From Heptranchias perlo (Eukaryota): a DNA stretch of 64,000 nucleotides. The stretch lies in contig NC_090333.1 in assembly GCF_035084215.1 (NCBI RefSeq), positions 69,564,001 to 69,628,000 of the forward strand, read 5' to 3'. This document shows, in pieces, positions 37,676-50,052 of this stretch. Every line of letters begins with the position of its first letter. Within the stretch, counting starts at the first letter, position 1. The notes below the pieces were generated by a model. It worked only from the letters and a program-made list of their open reading frames with translations. It was not told where the DNA came from and searched no databases. The translations under genes and the position numbers were made by a program.

Positions 37676-38587
37676 TTAAACCCTCCCTGCAAGGATATTG
37701 GTCCTGGCTGGCTTGTACAGGTCCCACATCCTCCAGAACCAGTCCCAATGCCCCAGGAATCTAAAGCCCTCCCTCCTGCACCATCTCTCTAGCCACGCAT
37801 TCATCTGCTCTATCCTCCTATTTCTATACTCACTAGCGCGTGGCACCGGGAGTAATCTGGAGATTACTACCCTTGAGGTCCTGCTTGTTAATCTCTTTCC
37901 TAACTCCTTAAACTCTGCCTGCAGGACCTTATCCCTCCTTCTACCTATGTCGTTGGTATCGATATGGACCACAACCTCTGGCTGTTCACCACCCCCCAGA
38001 ATGTTCTGCAGCCGCTCAGTGACATCCTTGACCCTGGCACCAGGGAGGCAACATACCGTCCTGGAATCACATTTGTGGCTGCAGAAATGCCTGTCTGCTC
38101 CCCTAACTATGGAATCCCCTGTCACTATTGATCTCTCTCCCCACCCCCCCCCCCCCCCCGCCCTGCCCTGTACAGCTGAGCCATCCATGGTGCTGTGGTC
38201 ATGGCTCTGGCTGCACTCAGCAGAGGAATCCACTCCCTCACCCTCAACAGTATTCAGAACTGAATACTGGTCAGAGAGTGAGATGCCTTCAGGGGACTCT
38301 TGCACTACCTGCCTGGTCCTCCTTGTCTGTCGGTCACCCAGTCCCTCTCTGTCTGCACTCTCAAGTTGCAGGGTGACCACCTCCTGAATCGTGCTATCCA
38401 CGTGGCTCTCAGTCTCGCAGATACACTGCAGTGACTCCAGCTGTTGCTCAAACTCCGAAACCCGGAGCTCGAGCTCCTCCAGCTGATGACACTTCCTGCA
38501 CCTGTGGTTATCCAGGGCATGGGAAGCATCCTGGATTTCCCATGTGGCACAGGATGCGCATTCCACGGCTGTGAGCTGCCTTGCCAT
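37676..38587 (-). CDS. CR1 ORF1p remnant: zinc knuckle, coiled coil and SGNH esterase domain (303 aa, probably truncated)
   Basis: CASC..CRKC, heptad LEELELRVSEFEQQLESL, GDSIV (block I), CLPGA (block II), HIDTND (block III). Confidence 0.8.
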   Translation of the reverse strand: MARQLTAVECASCATWEIQDASHALDNHRCRKCHQLEELELRVSEFEQQLESLQCICETESHVDSTIQEVVTLQLESADREGLGDRQTRRTRQVVQESPEGISLSDQYSVLNTVEGEGVDSSAECSQSHDHSTMDGSAVQGRAGGGGGWGERSIVTGDSIVRGADRHFCSHKCDSRTVCCLPGARVKDVTERLQNILGGGEQPEVVVHIDTNDIGRRRDKVLQAEFKELGKRLTSRTSRVVISRLLPVPRASEYRNRRIEQMNAWLERWCRREGFRFLGHWDWFWRMWDLYKPARTNILAGRV

Positions 38588-40691
38588 ATTAGATTAACTA
38601 AACTTAACGGGAAATAAACTGAAGACTTAAAAAAACTCACCGGTAAAAGAAAACCTCACCAGCTAGCAGCCAATCAGCTCCTTCTCTTGTGCTGACATCA
38701 CTTGATTTTCTTACCTCGCTCCTTGAAGCTCCGAACTCCTTATCCTCTCCTCCTTTTATCGTTGATCCCACACTCCGCTCTTTATTATTTCAAATTCCTG
38801 CACCCTCTTTCCATCTCCTCCTCCCAAAAGAGCGTTGATTAATTTCATGCTCATGATAAAAGGATGCAAACATATGAAATTGACGGGCAGGAAAGGACCA
38901 GCTGGTCCATCAAGTCTGTTTCATTCTCATGAGGGTTGGAGCATCCTGTCTAGACACTTCCTACTGCCTCCCCCCTCCCATCTCTCTGCCCCCTGCCCCC
39001 CCTCTAATCCATGTAATCTCCAGGGCCAATAAAGGGAAAAAATACTCTGGAAAATTCCTCTCTGAATGCCGCTAGAGAAATAATATTTTCATTACTCACT
39101 GTTAAGGCATCTAGGACTCTTCCTTTCCATCCCCCACCCCAAAGTCAGATAAAGTATGGATCAATTGCCAGATGAATTGGTCTGCAACACACCTTAATCC
39201 CCAAATTTCAGAAACGTATCTAGAATGGCACTACTATGATACTTCAGTCTCCCCAAATCAGCCATCTTTTGTATCAATAAAATCTATGGTGTTATGGACT
39301 CAAGCCGACTGGAAACCTACTTGGGAATGCCCAAATTCATTTCACACAGTACTCCTGCAGCAGAGGCCAAGAGATAGATTTAATCTCAATCAGTCCAGGC
39401 TGGGATTCAAAGCCAGATCCCAGAGTGTGAAAGAGCAGCTTGCCAGTCAGTTCCCAATATTCATTTCAACAAAAGTAGGAAACACCCACAATTTCAAAAA
39501 TTAGCAATATCCCAACAGCTGAGTTTGTTTATCAAGCTTGTCCCAAGAATCATCTGTTTTCACAGATGTGCCACAGCAAGAACCACAAATATTCATAGCG
39601 CTTCAAGAGCTGAAACCAAAGACTTTCACACATCTTGCATCTTTATGAGAAACAATATATCGTTTTTGAAGATAAGTACTAACAGCGCATACTGACAACA
39701 TGCAGCTTGAAATATCTTAGTGGCTCAGGAAGATTGACTGCTCAACATGGGACTGAGCCACAAAGATAAGGAAAGGCACAGATTCGATCCTAGCCCGTGC
39801 TGAATTAGCTACAATTGGCCTCAGCTAGAAAGTGAGGGAGGGAACAAGCAATGACAGGGTTCCTACTCCTGATCAATACCCAGTGACCACCACCTCCCCA
39901 ACAAATCTTAGAAAGAGTGCTTGTGTGGACAAGGTCAGTCTTGACAGTGACCCTTCCTCTCAGTCTCCAACCGCCCCAATCCCCTCCCATACTGAACAGG
40001 CACTCACCATCTGGCCACTTAGGTAAGCGGCCTGGAGGTTGACAGATGCCCATGGAAACATCCCCCAGCCTGAATCAATGTCAGCAGAGGAGGAGGTAAA
40101 GGGCAGCAGAGAAAATTGGTTGAAAAAAATTAAAATTAAAAATTTTAAGTGCACTTGATGCTTGTCCAGCTATACTGGCTCTGACTGCAAAGACTCGCAG
40201 TCCAGTGCCTCTGAAGATCGGAGATCATAAATATTGCAACAAAAAAAAATCTAATCTAAGTAGCTGTAAAACTTTAAATACCTTTGGAAGATCTGTCATA
40301 CACTGTGCCAGTGGAGTACTCTGATGCATTTTATTTTGGTTCCATGAATGGAATACATCAAATATTTTTTGTTGGAAATGCAGCATTACAGGAAGTCAAT
40401 GTGCATGAAGAAGCATCAACTACCCACTGTTGTAAAAGGCAAGGACAGAATTTTATAATTGCTTGCATCAGTGCTACTGAACTGCTGAGTTTGTACATAC
40501 CAACAAAAGCATTTAATCTGCACTGTATCTTAGTCAGTATATAAGCCATCTGAATATTTTAATCTCCATTCACGTCCATGTAGGATATAGTTATGTGCCA
40601 CTGTCTCGTTTGGTGCTGGGGAAAAACTGTGCAAAGGAAGGAGCAAGTCTGAGGCCACTCCCACAGCTATTACTTTGCACGTGTCCCAACA

Positions 40692-41116
40692 TGTTAGCTG
40701 TGACTCAGTGGTAACACTCTCGCTTCGGAGTCAGATGAGATGCTGATTCAAGTCCCACTCCAGAGACTTGAGCACAAAATCTAGGCTGACACTCCAGTGA
40801 AGTACTGAGGGAGCACTGCACTGTCAGAGATGCTGTCTTTTGGATGAGATATTAAACCGATGCCCTGTCTGCCCCCTCAGGTGGGCACAAAAGATCCCTT
40901 GGCACGATGACAAGCAGGGGAGTTCTCCCTGGTGTCCTGGCCAATATTGATCCTTCAACGAACATCACAAACAGATTACCTGGTCATTGTCACATTGTTG
41001 TTTGTGGGAGCATGCAGTGCGCAATTCTCTGCTGCATTTCCTACATTACAACAGTGATGTTGGCTGTAAAGCGCTTTGGGACATCCCAAGGTCGTGAAAG
41101 GCATTATAGAAATGAA
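40692..41116 (+). mobile_element. Full-length Deu-domain tRNA SINE (SacSINE1-like) with L2-type tail
   Basis: gctgtgactcagtggtaac head. Deu core tactgagggagcactgcactgtcagag..ttggatgagatattaaaccga..caggtgg..aaagatccc. Tail gtgaaaggcattatagaaatg. Confidence 0.85.
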
Positions 41117-41803
41117 AGCCTTTGTTTACAGCAGCAGGTATCAGGGCATCCAAGTGTCCCACTGTGCAACTGGAAACCAGATTTAAAATTCACGGTTGCT
41201 GCAGGGGTTTCCCAAGGGTCAGAAAATACAGCAGTGAATGGGAGGTGGGAGCTGCCAGCTCCAGAAGTGCCTTTTCCAGGACACTGAGCCAGGAGGGGTG
41301 CCCTCTCGCCACACACCCCTCCTCCTAACCTCTCTTTGCGCCCCCCCCCCACCGATTGCAGGCCTCTTCCCCCACCCCCCCCTCCCATTGCCATGGACTG
41401 TGCCCAGGGGTCCCTGGCTATGGCCTCCTGCCACGGGTTCTCCCTCCCAACTACGCTGTCCACTTGGACGGCTGCCAGGTGGGAAACGGATCTGAAAAAA
41501 AGGTTATGAGGTCCTGTGGTTAACATCGGCAGGATTTCCACGTCCCTGGCCTTACCGGGTTCTTCAGGCATTTTCGGTCTCAATCTGCAACCTCTCCGTA
41601 AATATCGGGGTCTCAGTCTCTGAAAAATCAACTGTAAATACTCGGTTGCATTTTAACTGGATCGCGCAAAAATTAAGCCCAACTTATTCTGGTCTCCCAA
41701 CCCCCATGAGAATTCTCGTGGATAGCCAATCAAGATGCCAAAACCTAACTGCGTCATAAAGACTGAAATCAATATTTACCGGCTTTAAATTTTGTCTGTG
41801 CTA

Positions 41804-42003
41804 NNNNNNNNNNNNNNNNNNNNNNNNNNNNNNNNNNNNNNNNNNNNNNNNNNNNNNNNNNNNNNNNNNNNNNNNNNNNNNNNNNNNNNNNNNNNNNNNN
41901 NNNNNNNNNNNNNNNNNNNNNNNNNNNNNNNNNNNNNNNNNNNNNNNNNNNNNNNNNNNNNNNNNNNNNNNNNNNNNNNNNNNNNNNNNNNNNNNNNNNN
42001 NNN
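41804..42003. other. Assembly gap (200 N)
   Basis: Run of N. Confidence 1.
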
Positions 42004-42793
42004 TGCCATTGTCTGCGGTCCTCAACACAAACTCTGTTCCCTGGCTATCAACTCCATCCCTCTCCCTGGCCACTGCCTGAGGCTGAACCAGACTGTTCGC
42101 AATCTTGGCATCATGTTTGACTGAGATGAGCTTCCAACCACATATCTGCTCCATCACCAAGACTGCCTACTTCCACCTCCCTAACACCCCTGCCTCAGCT
42201 CATCTGCTGCTCAAACCTTCATCCATGCCTTTGTTACCTCCAGATTGGACTTTTCCAATGCTCTCCTGGCCGGCCTTCCATCTTCCACCCTCCATAAACT
42301 TGAGCTCATCCAAACTCTGCTGCCCGTATCCTAACGCGCAGCAAGTCCCATTCACCCATCACTCCTGTGCTCGCTGACCCACATTAGCTCCCAGTCTGGG
42401 TACACCTTGATTTAAAAATTCTCATCCTGGTTTCAAATCCCTTTACGGTCTAGCCCCATCCCTATCTCTAACCTCCTCCAGCCCTACAACCTTCTGAAAT
42501 CTCTGCGCTCCTCAATTCTTGCTTCTTGCACATCTCCGATTTTAATTGCTCCACCATTGACAGCCGTGCCTTCAGCTGCCTCGGCCCGAAGCTCTGGAAT
42601 TCCCTCCCTAAACCTCTCCACTTCTCTCTCCTCCTTTAAGACGCTCCTTAAAACCTACCTCTGACCAAGCTTTGTCACCTGTCCTAATACTTCCTTGTGG
42701 CTCAGTGTCAAATTTTGATTGATAAATCGCTCCTGCAAAGCACCTTGGGACAATTTATCACATTCAAGGCGTTATATAAATGCAAGTTGTTGC
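42004..42793 (+). mobile_element. L2 LINE 3' end
   Basis: LRLNQTVRNLG.MFD motif and tail aaggcgttatataaatgcaagttgttg. Confidence 0.88.
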
Positions 42794-43017
42794 TGGACAA
42801 TCAAGTCTGGAATCTACAGGAAATAAGCCCAACATCCTGTCACAGTATTGAATGAAAGATCCTTCTAAAATTATTTACATTAGGTACTTAATTTATCAAG
42901 CGGCAAATTTAGTACCAATCTCAGTGCTTGAGCTATCACCCTGAAAACCCTTACCCTTCTCCTTTTATATTCTGAGTTTACTGCAAACCTCAAGACTTAA
43001 ACTTTTGTACTTGCATT

Positions 43018-44960
43018 CATAGGAACAGGAGTAGGCTATTCAGGCTCTCGAGCTTGTTCCGCTATTCAATCAGATTACGATTGTGCCTCATGTCCATTTA
43101 CTGCCTTGGATCAATATCTCCCTTACCCAACAAAAATCTACCTATTTCAGTCTTGACAATTTCAATTGTCCCAGCATCCACAGCCTTTTGGGAGAAGGAG
43201 AGTTCCAGATTTCCACTACCCTCTGAACAATTGCATCCTTATTTGACACCTTAATGACCTAGCTCTAATTTTCAGACCGTGTCTCCTTGTTCTGGATTCC
43301 CCATGAGGGGAAACAGTTACTCTGTATCTACCCTATCAAATCCCCTTATCATTTTAAACACTTCAATTAGATCACCCTTCAACCCTCTAAAACATAAGGG
43401 AATACAAGTCAAGTTTATGCAACCTATCCTCATAACATAACTAAGCCCCAATATCATTCTGATGAATTACACTATCACCTCCAAGGCAAATATATCCTTC
43501 CTGAGGTGCAGTGCCCAAAACTGAATGCAGTACTCCAGATGGGGTCTGACCAAGGCTCTATACAATTGGAGAACAGGTTCCTCCCATTTTGTATTCTTAT
43601 GTCCATATAGATACTCCCCTAGCCACAACGTTAGTGACTCAAAAAATTCAACTAGATTAGTCGGACATAACTTCACAAAACCATGCCGACACTCATCAGC
43701 TCATACTTGTCCAAGTGCTCACTGTCTGATAGATTCCAGTAACTTCCCCACAACTAATTTAAACCGACAGGTCTGTAGTTTCCTGGTTTCTCACTCTCTT
43801 AAATGATACATAATGGAGTGACATTTGCAATTTTCCAATTGAATGGCACAATTCCAGAAGCGAGAGCTTTGGAAATTATAAGCAACACATCTGCAATTTC
43901 CTCACCTATTTCTTTTAACAACCTGGAGATTTGTCTATCTTGAGTTCCATTATTTTCTACATTACCATTTTATTATTTGTATCATATCCAATAGGTTGGC
44001 TTATTTTTAGGTTTCCTTGTACAGCTGGTATTGTGCCCTCTTCCCCTATGAAATCTAATAAAATATTCAATTAACAAGTTTTCCATTTCCTTATTGACCA
44101 TTATAGTCCCACCTGCATCTGTCTTTAATGGGCCCACATTCTCCCTTACCACTTTCTTTCTCAATATATTTATCAAAACCTTTATTGTTGACTTTCATAT
44201 CCCAATTTTTTTTCATATCCTCTTTTTGCACCTCATCTCTTTGAAAGACTTGCATTTATATAACACCATTCACAACCTCAGGATGTCCCTAAGTGATATA
44301 CAGCCAATCAAGTACTTTTGAAGTGTAATCACTGTTGTGAAGTAGGAAATGTAGCAGCCAATTTGCACACAGCAAGGTCCCACAAACTGCAATGAGATAA
44401 TGACCAGATAATCTGTTTTTTTTTTAAAAAGTGATGTGCGTTGAGGAATAAATATTGGCCAGGACACTGGGGAGAACTCTCCAGTTCTGGTTCGAAATTG
44501 TGCAATAAGATTTTTCCGTCCAGTAGAGGGGGCAAATGGGGCCTTGGTTTAACATATCATCCAAAAGACTGCACCTCAAAGTGCAGCACTCCCACAGAAC
44601 TGCACTAAAGTGTCAGCCGAGATTATGTGCTCAAATCCCTTGAGCCCATGACCTCCTAACTCAGCGGCAAAGATGCTACCACTGAGCCAAGGCTGACATT
44701 TACTTTCTTTGTATCCCTTTGTTGGTCTTTTATAGATTTCCCAGTCCACTGAATTTCTGCTTTGCCTTTTATTTGTTCAAGCCTTTTCTTTTAGCTTCAT
44801 ACTCTGTCTCTTACCTCATTTATTGACCATGGTTGCTTAACTGCACAAGTGGAGCTTTTGCCTATTAGGGATAAGTACTGGCTTTGTTTTGTACCAAATA
44901 CTTCTTTAAATACTTCCGACCATTTGTCTGTAGGCTTACCCATTAACGGTTCACTGATTA
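43018..44960 (-). mobile_element. Decayed CR1 with internal deletions, interrupted by a SINE
   Basis: cataggaacaggagtagg 3' end; [17 protein letters not shown] and RENVGPLK motifs. Confidence 0.8.
44247..44698 (-). mobile_element. Full-length Deu-domain SINE
   Basis: Reverse-complement homology to 40692-41116, ending gctaccactgagccaaggctgaca. Confidence 0.82.
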
Positions 44961-47103
44961 TTTTTATCTTTTGTTGTTGGACAGATATTTCACCTCCACA
45001 ATTTATCAATTTACAGGCACACATTGGTTATATCAACATTCTGTACTCTAGATTCTCTCAGTTTGTACATTTCAGAGGATAGTTTAGATATTAAAAAGCA
45101 CATAATACAAGAAATCATTACATAATACAAGAAAACCCAAGTCACCCATTACATGTGCATTATCAGTTCAAATAACATGATTTTGTTTTTAAACCACATT
45201 TAAGATTAAAACTCAACACCATAACCAAACAGCACAAAGTGTGAATATATTTGATTACACCCCAGCTGCTAAAGCTTTCCAGAAGAGGTTGATGCAATCT
45301 TTAGGACCAGAAGTTCAGACATTTTCATAGCCACAGAAAACCTGATCGCACTGGATAGCCTACTGATATCCTATTTATTAATACAAGCTCCTCTGGAAAG
45401 CACAGATACAACAGACCCTTCTGCAGCATTTCATAGTTTTGTAAATGGGAAGCTATTCCATTCCATTCAGTTCCTACTAGTTTTTTTAAACAGCCAGTCT
45501 CTGCCATTGCACATACATACTGCAATATTGCAATTCTCATTCCTCACCCAAGCAATTGCAGCAAAGATGCACAAAATCAGTAAACATTACAAATCAAGGA
45601 AGATTTGGTTTTCCTGTCCCTGCAGGGCAGCAGAAGTGAAATACTTCGATCACGTGGAAGAGCGGAAAGATATATAGTCAGGCACAGCTATCATTGTACA
45701 GCAGTAATGGCTGGGGCAGAATGCAGAAAAAGCCAGATAACAGGCAAGCTCACCACTGCCTTCTCACTGCTGATGCTACACAAAGGCTACCTTTTTACTG
45801 ACCATTTTTGTACACTTCACTGCTAAGACTATACATGCACACACAATTAGTGCAAAACTAGCTGATAAAGAAAATCCATGTCCTCGTGACAGTCATGTCA
45901 ACTTTTATTTGATCATGACAATAAACTTAAGTGTTTCAATCTTATAAGACTATCCAAGAAAGCCAGGGGCTGGGGGGTGCAGGCAGAGACAAAGAGAACC
46001 AGACAAAAAGACATGCAAAGCTCAGCAGGATTTTTCCACTTCTCTGAATAAAAATCATTTGGAGAATACACTGGAAAACCTGAGCCTCAATAAAATCCAA
46101 TATTATTTATTTATACATCACAGTAGAACAGTGGTGGCCAACCCTTTCAAAGTTACAAAGCCAGATTTTAAAAACTGTACACCAAGGAACCACATTTTAA
46201 ATATATACTATGTTCACTGATTTTCTCACTGTATCTAACATACAATGCACAGTTTGAAACCTAGCCAGCGTAACTTCTTAAATTGGATTGTTCCTTCATG
46301 TCCTCTCAGTCCCTTCCTATTTCCCCTTACACCTCATTGTCTGTGTCACTCCCCCTTTCTCATTTCCATTGTTCCACCTCATTCTCCCAATCCTTCCCTT
46401 TTCACCACCCCCCCTCTCAAACTCGAAGTCTTGGAACCTGCAGTTTGTATCACAAGAGCTTCCTCATGTACATCATTTTTCAAGCTACTTTTGACAAGTT
46501 GAGGATTTCAGGTTGACATGTGTCCTGTTTGCATCTCATTGTACACAGAATGATACTTTCAGGACATGTGTACACGAGGAAGACATAACAGTAAAAAGCA
46601 GCCCATAAATGCAACAAAAACATTTGAAGAAAAAAAACACAATCTTTGATGTTAGTGGCAACATTTTGGATCTTGGTCACAACCAGGAAAGCAGAATAGA
46701 ATGCCTAACTCGTTATTAATACCGAAGTTGAATACCCATAAATTGGACACAATAAAAAGTCTTATTAACTCTATTTCAATCAAGCAGCATTTGGAATTTA
46801 CTGTCCCTGCAGGGCAACAGATAGAAAACAATCGACTTAAAAATAACATTTTCACAAAGGCTTCAATTTTCTGTAACCTACAGGCAAGGCAATTCATCCT
46901 GAAATCAAGAGGACGACTGCTAGTATTGGAAATGAACATATTGTAACTAATGCATTATACTCTTTATAAAAAAAAATCTACTCCATCTACCATTCTGGGG
47001 CTGGAACGAGGGGGGGCATGTTAAATTCTGTTTTTTAAAAAAAAAATAAAACAAAAGCTGCATTATAAAAAAGCTTTAGAAGTCCAGAATTTCAGATTCC
47101 TAC

Positions 47104-47358
47104 CTTCCTCTGTGTGAAGCGTAGTGTGAACGGCATTAACTTCTCTGCACACCAGCGGTAAGAAGTTACCGTACAGGTTAGCCAAGTCTGAATGAGAAGG
47201 CGGTTGGTTCTTTTGCTGTGGTTTAGCATGTCCTTCATTATTATGCACCTCTTGCATTTGGTACTGAGCGAGTTGGCAGGGCAGCTGAACCATACATTCA
47301 AAGAGCTGCTGTTCAACCAGAGGCATGCATGCAGTTCTCAATGGCCAGTTGGCCACCT
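47104..47358 (-). other. Candidate 255-nt symmetric (phase 1-1) exon, open in one frame
   Basis: ccccctgcag|AG acceptor and AAG|gtagga donor; no stop in the EVANWPLRTAC..HTEE frame. Peptide not recognised. Confidence 0.3.
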
Positions 47359-47969
47359 CTGCAGGGGGTGCAGATTTGGTTTTACAGTAGTTTCTCTCCA
47401 CCCCCTACCCCAACATTCTATTTCATCCCATCCAACATAATGTGCAGGAACAGAAAAGATTAAGGTTCAAATAACCAATGACAAAGTTGAAGAACAGAAT
47501 ACTTTATCTTCTTGGCTCCCTCAATTGCTTTTCTTAAGCCAAAATAATCTGTCCAGCCCCTCGAATCCACCCACCCTATTTCCCCTCCACTGTCTTTTCC
47601 ACACAATTACCTCTCTGTTTAGTTGCATCCAAACTGTCTGTTCATCCTTCCCCTTGTGAGTTAAAGGTTTTAGCCCAAAAAGATTTTTTTCTTCCAATGA
47701 ATGTTCTCAGTTTATTTATTTTTTTAAAAAAAGTTAAGCTATGTGCTTCATCACAAAAAGATTTGTGGAAAAAAGTTTATATATAAATTCGAATTACTTG
47801 TACACCCCAGTAGAAGTTCTGACTTGGTTCTTGAGTATCTTTCACTCCCCAACCAATATTCTATTTTAGTGCATTTCCCCCCAAAATTCTCTACAGCCAA
47901 TTTAATTCCAAAAAAAAAACTTTTTGTATACAAAACCCATGGCAGCTATTGACAAGTATGTCCCAGGGA

Positions 47970-48276
47970 TAGGGTTGCCAGCCCTCCAGGATTGTCTTGG
48001 AGTCTCCAGGAATTAAAGATTAATCTCTTGGACACTGCTACGAGAAACCCAGGAGAACAATTATACCGGCATTAAAAAAAAACTTTTTTTTTTAATGCCG
48101 GTATAATTGTTCTCCTGGGTTTTTTTTTTTCATTTTCTTTGAACACTTGCATTTATTAGTTATAAAAAATATTGGAGATGGGAAAAAAAGGCTGTTTGAC
48201 TGGGCGAGGGGGTTGGAGGCAGGAGTTCATGTTATGAAACCTCCAGGAATAAGTCCAACCACAGATGGCAACCTTA
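47970..48276. mobile_element. hAT-like MITE (~307 bp)
   Basis: TIRs TAGGGTTGCCA / TGGCAACCTTA; imperfect 8-bp TSD cccaggga / ccaaggaa. Confidence 0.65.
48045..48122. repeat. Perfect palindrome, 38-bp arms, 2-nt loop
   Basis: aaacccaggagaacaattataccggcattaaaaaaaaa-ct-tttttttttaatgccggtataattgttctcctgggttt. Confidence 0.95.
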
Positions 48277-49676
48277 CCAAGGAAGCATGCACAGGAGATC
48301 CACCATCTTCTCCAATTCCTCTACTGACCCACTGCAACTTGAGGAAAAAAAAACCTCAACAATGCAGAAGCACCTGCCCACCAAGACTTCTCTGGTTGAG
48401 GTCCTCATTTATTAGCTCACACACTGCAAGGAACAGCCTTATTATTTGTAATCTGCTTCCTCTACTGAATCCCGTCATACCGTGTTCAGGACTCTGGGTT
48501 GTACTCATGGCAGATGCCGGATCAGTAGCTGGATGAAATTAAACTCCCAGCTGCCATCTAGCTTGAGTTTATTTCCATCAGGGAATCAACAAAAACACAC
48601 CCGTTATGTCTATTCCCATCAGTCTACAACCTCTCAGAAGGATCGTGCTGTGTCCATATAATGTGCAGCATTTCAACAGCACATTTTCAGTTTGCTCCAC
48701 CTTCAACACAATTTGTTCCAACAGACTTGATTTGCCAGGAAGTTTAAATAGTTTATACACAATAAGCTAGTAGGGAAAGGCACAGCGCCAATCCAAAACA
48801 GGCCAGAAGATGCCAACCAACTTCATTCCCAGTCCGCGCTGACACGTTTCCAAAAAGATTCAGCAATGTACCAAGTCAGACAAGCACCAAACTACGGTCA
48901 AACCCAAACCGGAATAGTGTCAGATATAGTTCAAATCCAAATGGAACCCAAATATGTGGAAGAGTGCAGCCAAATCTAAATACAAACCAGACCAGTACCA
49001 GATTATAGTCAAACCTAAATTAAACTCAAAGGTGGAAAACTGTAGTCAAACCTGAATACAAGATGGATTAATGTCAATAGCAAACTCCAGTACATTCTTA
49101 CCATCATATTTGCCACCAGTCCTTTGCCTTTTCAATGTCCACTTTATCTTCCTCACAAACTTAATACTTTAATATCTTCAGTAAACACTTTTCTCTGCAT
49201 TTATCCTCCATTACTCACATTGCCGTCATAACTGAAACACTTTCCATGGTTACAGATTTATACTGCAAGGGTCAGACCATTGTGAGGTCATGGTCACAAC
49301 TTATAGGACAAAGGTGATTAGAACTCATTTTTAAAAAATAACCCTTGCAAACAAAGAAATGGAGCAGGCTTGAATAACAGTATGTTGTAAAGGTTGATGG
49401 AATATTTCATCTGTGGAATTAAGGAAGCCCCTAATCGCTGATAACATCAGATCGGCCAGGAGTTGGCCTTGCAGAGGCCCCTGTGCATAGGTTTGGTTAG
49501 GCCCCCTACATTTTACTAGACAATGATACTCAATACCAAGATTTTTGTTACAATTGGTAAAAGCAAAAATAAATTAAATGGAACTGGCTCGTCATCTGTT
49601 GCCGCAGTGACTGACTAACTAACTATATAAAATTAGCGTATCTGTCGATTTAAACTACTACAAAATAGTTTAACTC

Positions 49677-50052
49677 GAGAAGCTAGGATTGTTCTCCTTA
49701 CAGCAGAGAAGGAGAAAGGGTAGATTTGATCGAGGCGTTCAAAATTATGAGGGGCTTTGATTGAGTAAATAAGGAGAAACTGTTTCCACTGGTAGGAAGG
49801 TCAATAAACAGAGAAAGCAGGTTTTAGATAATTGGCAAAAGAACCAGGGGAATCGAGAAACTTGTTTTTTAACGCAGTGAGTTGTTATGATCTGGAATGC
49901 ACAGCCTGAAAGGTGGTGGAAGCAAATTCAACAGTAACTTTCAAAAGGAATTTGGATAAATACTTGAAAAGGAAAAATTTACAGGACTAAAGGAGGAAAG
50001 AGCAGGGGAGTGGGACTAATTGGATAGCTCTTTCAAAGAGCCGGCACAGATG
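49677..50052 (+). mobile_element. CR1 3' fragment
   Basis: Homologous to 11290-11640. Confidence 0.8.

Larger units (their letters stand above)
34010..38760 (-). mobile_element. Near-full-length decayed CR1 LINE (5'UTR, ORF1, ORF2 EN+RT, 3' end)
   Basis: ORF1 at 37676-38587. EN motifs LYLNARSIRNK..DLIAITETWL (37186-37692) and EPTR..SDH (36735-37238). RT YRP..HGFMKGKSCLTNL..YLDFQKAFD (35205-35525). 3' tail at 34010. Multiple frameshifts. Confidence 0.95.

Noticed and set aside
37698-38387. 229-aa plus-strand ORF
   Set aside because: Antisense shadow of CR1 ORF1.
41785-42160. ORFs containing X runs
   Set aside because: Artefacts of the N gap.
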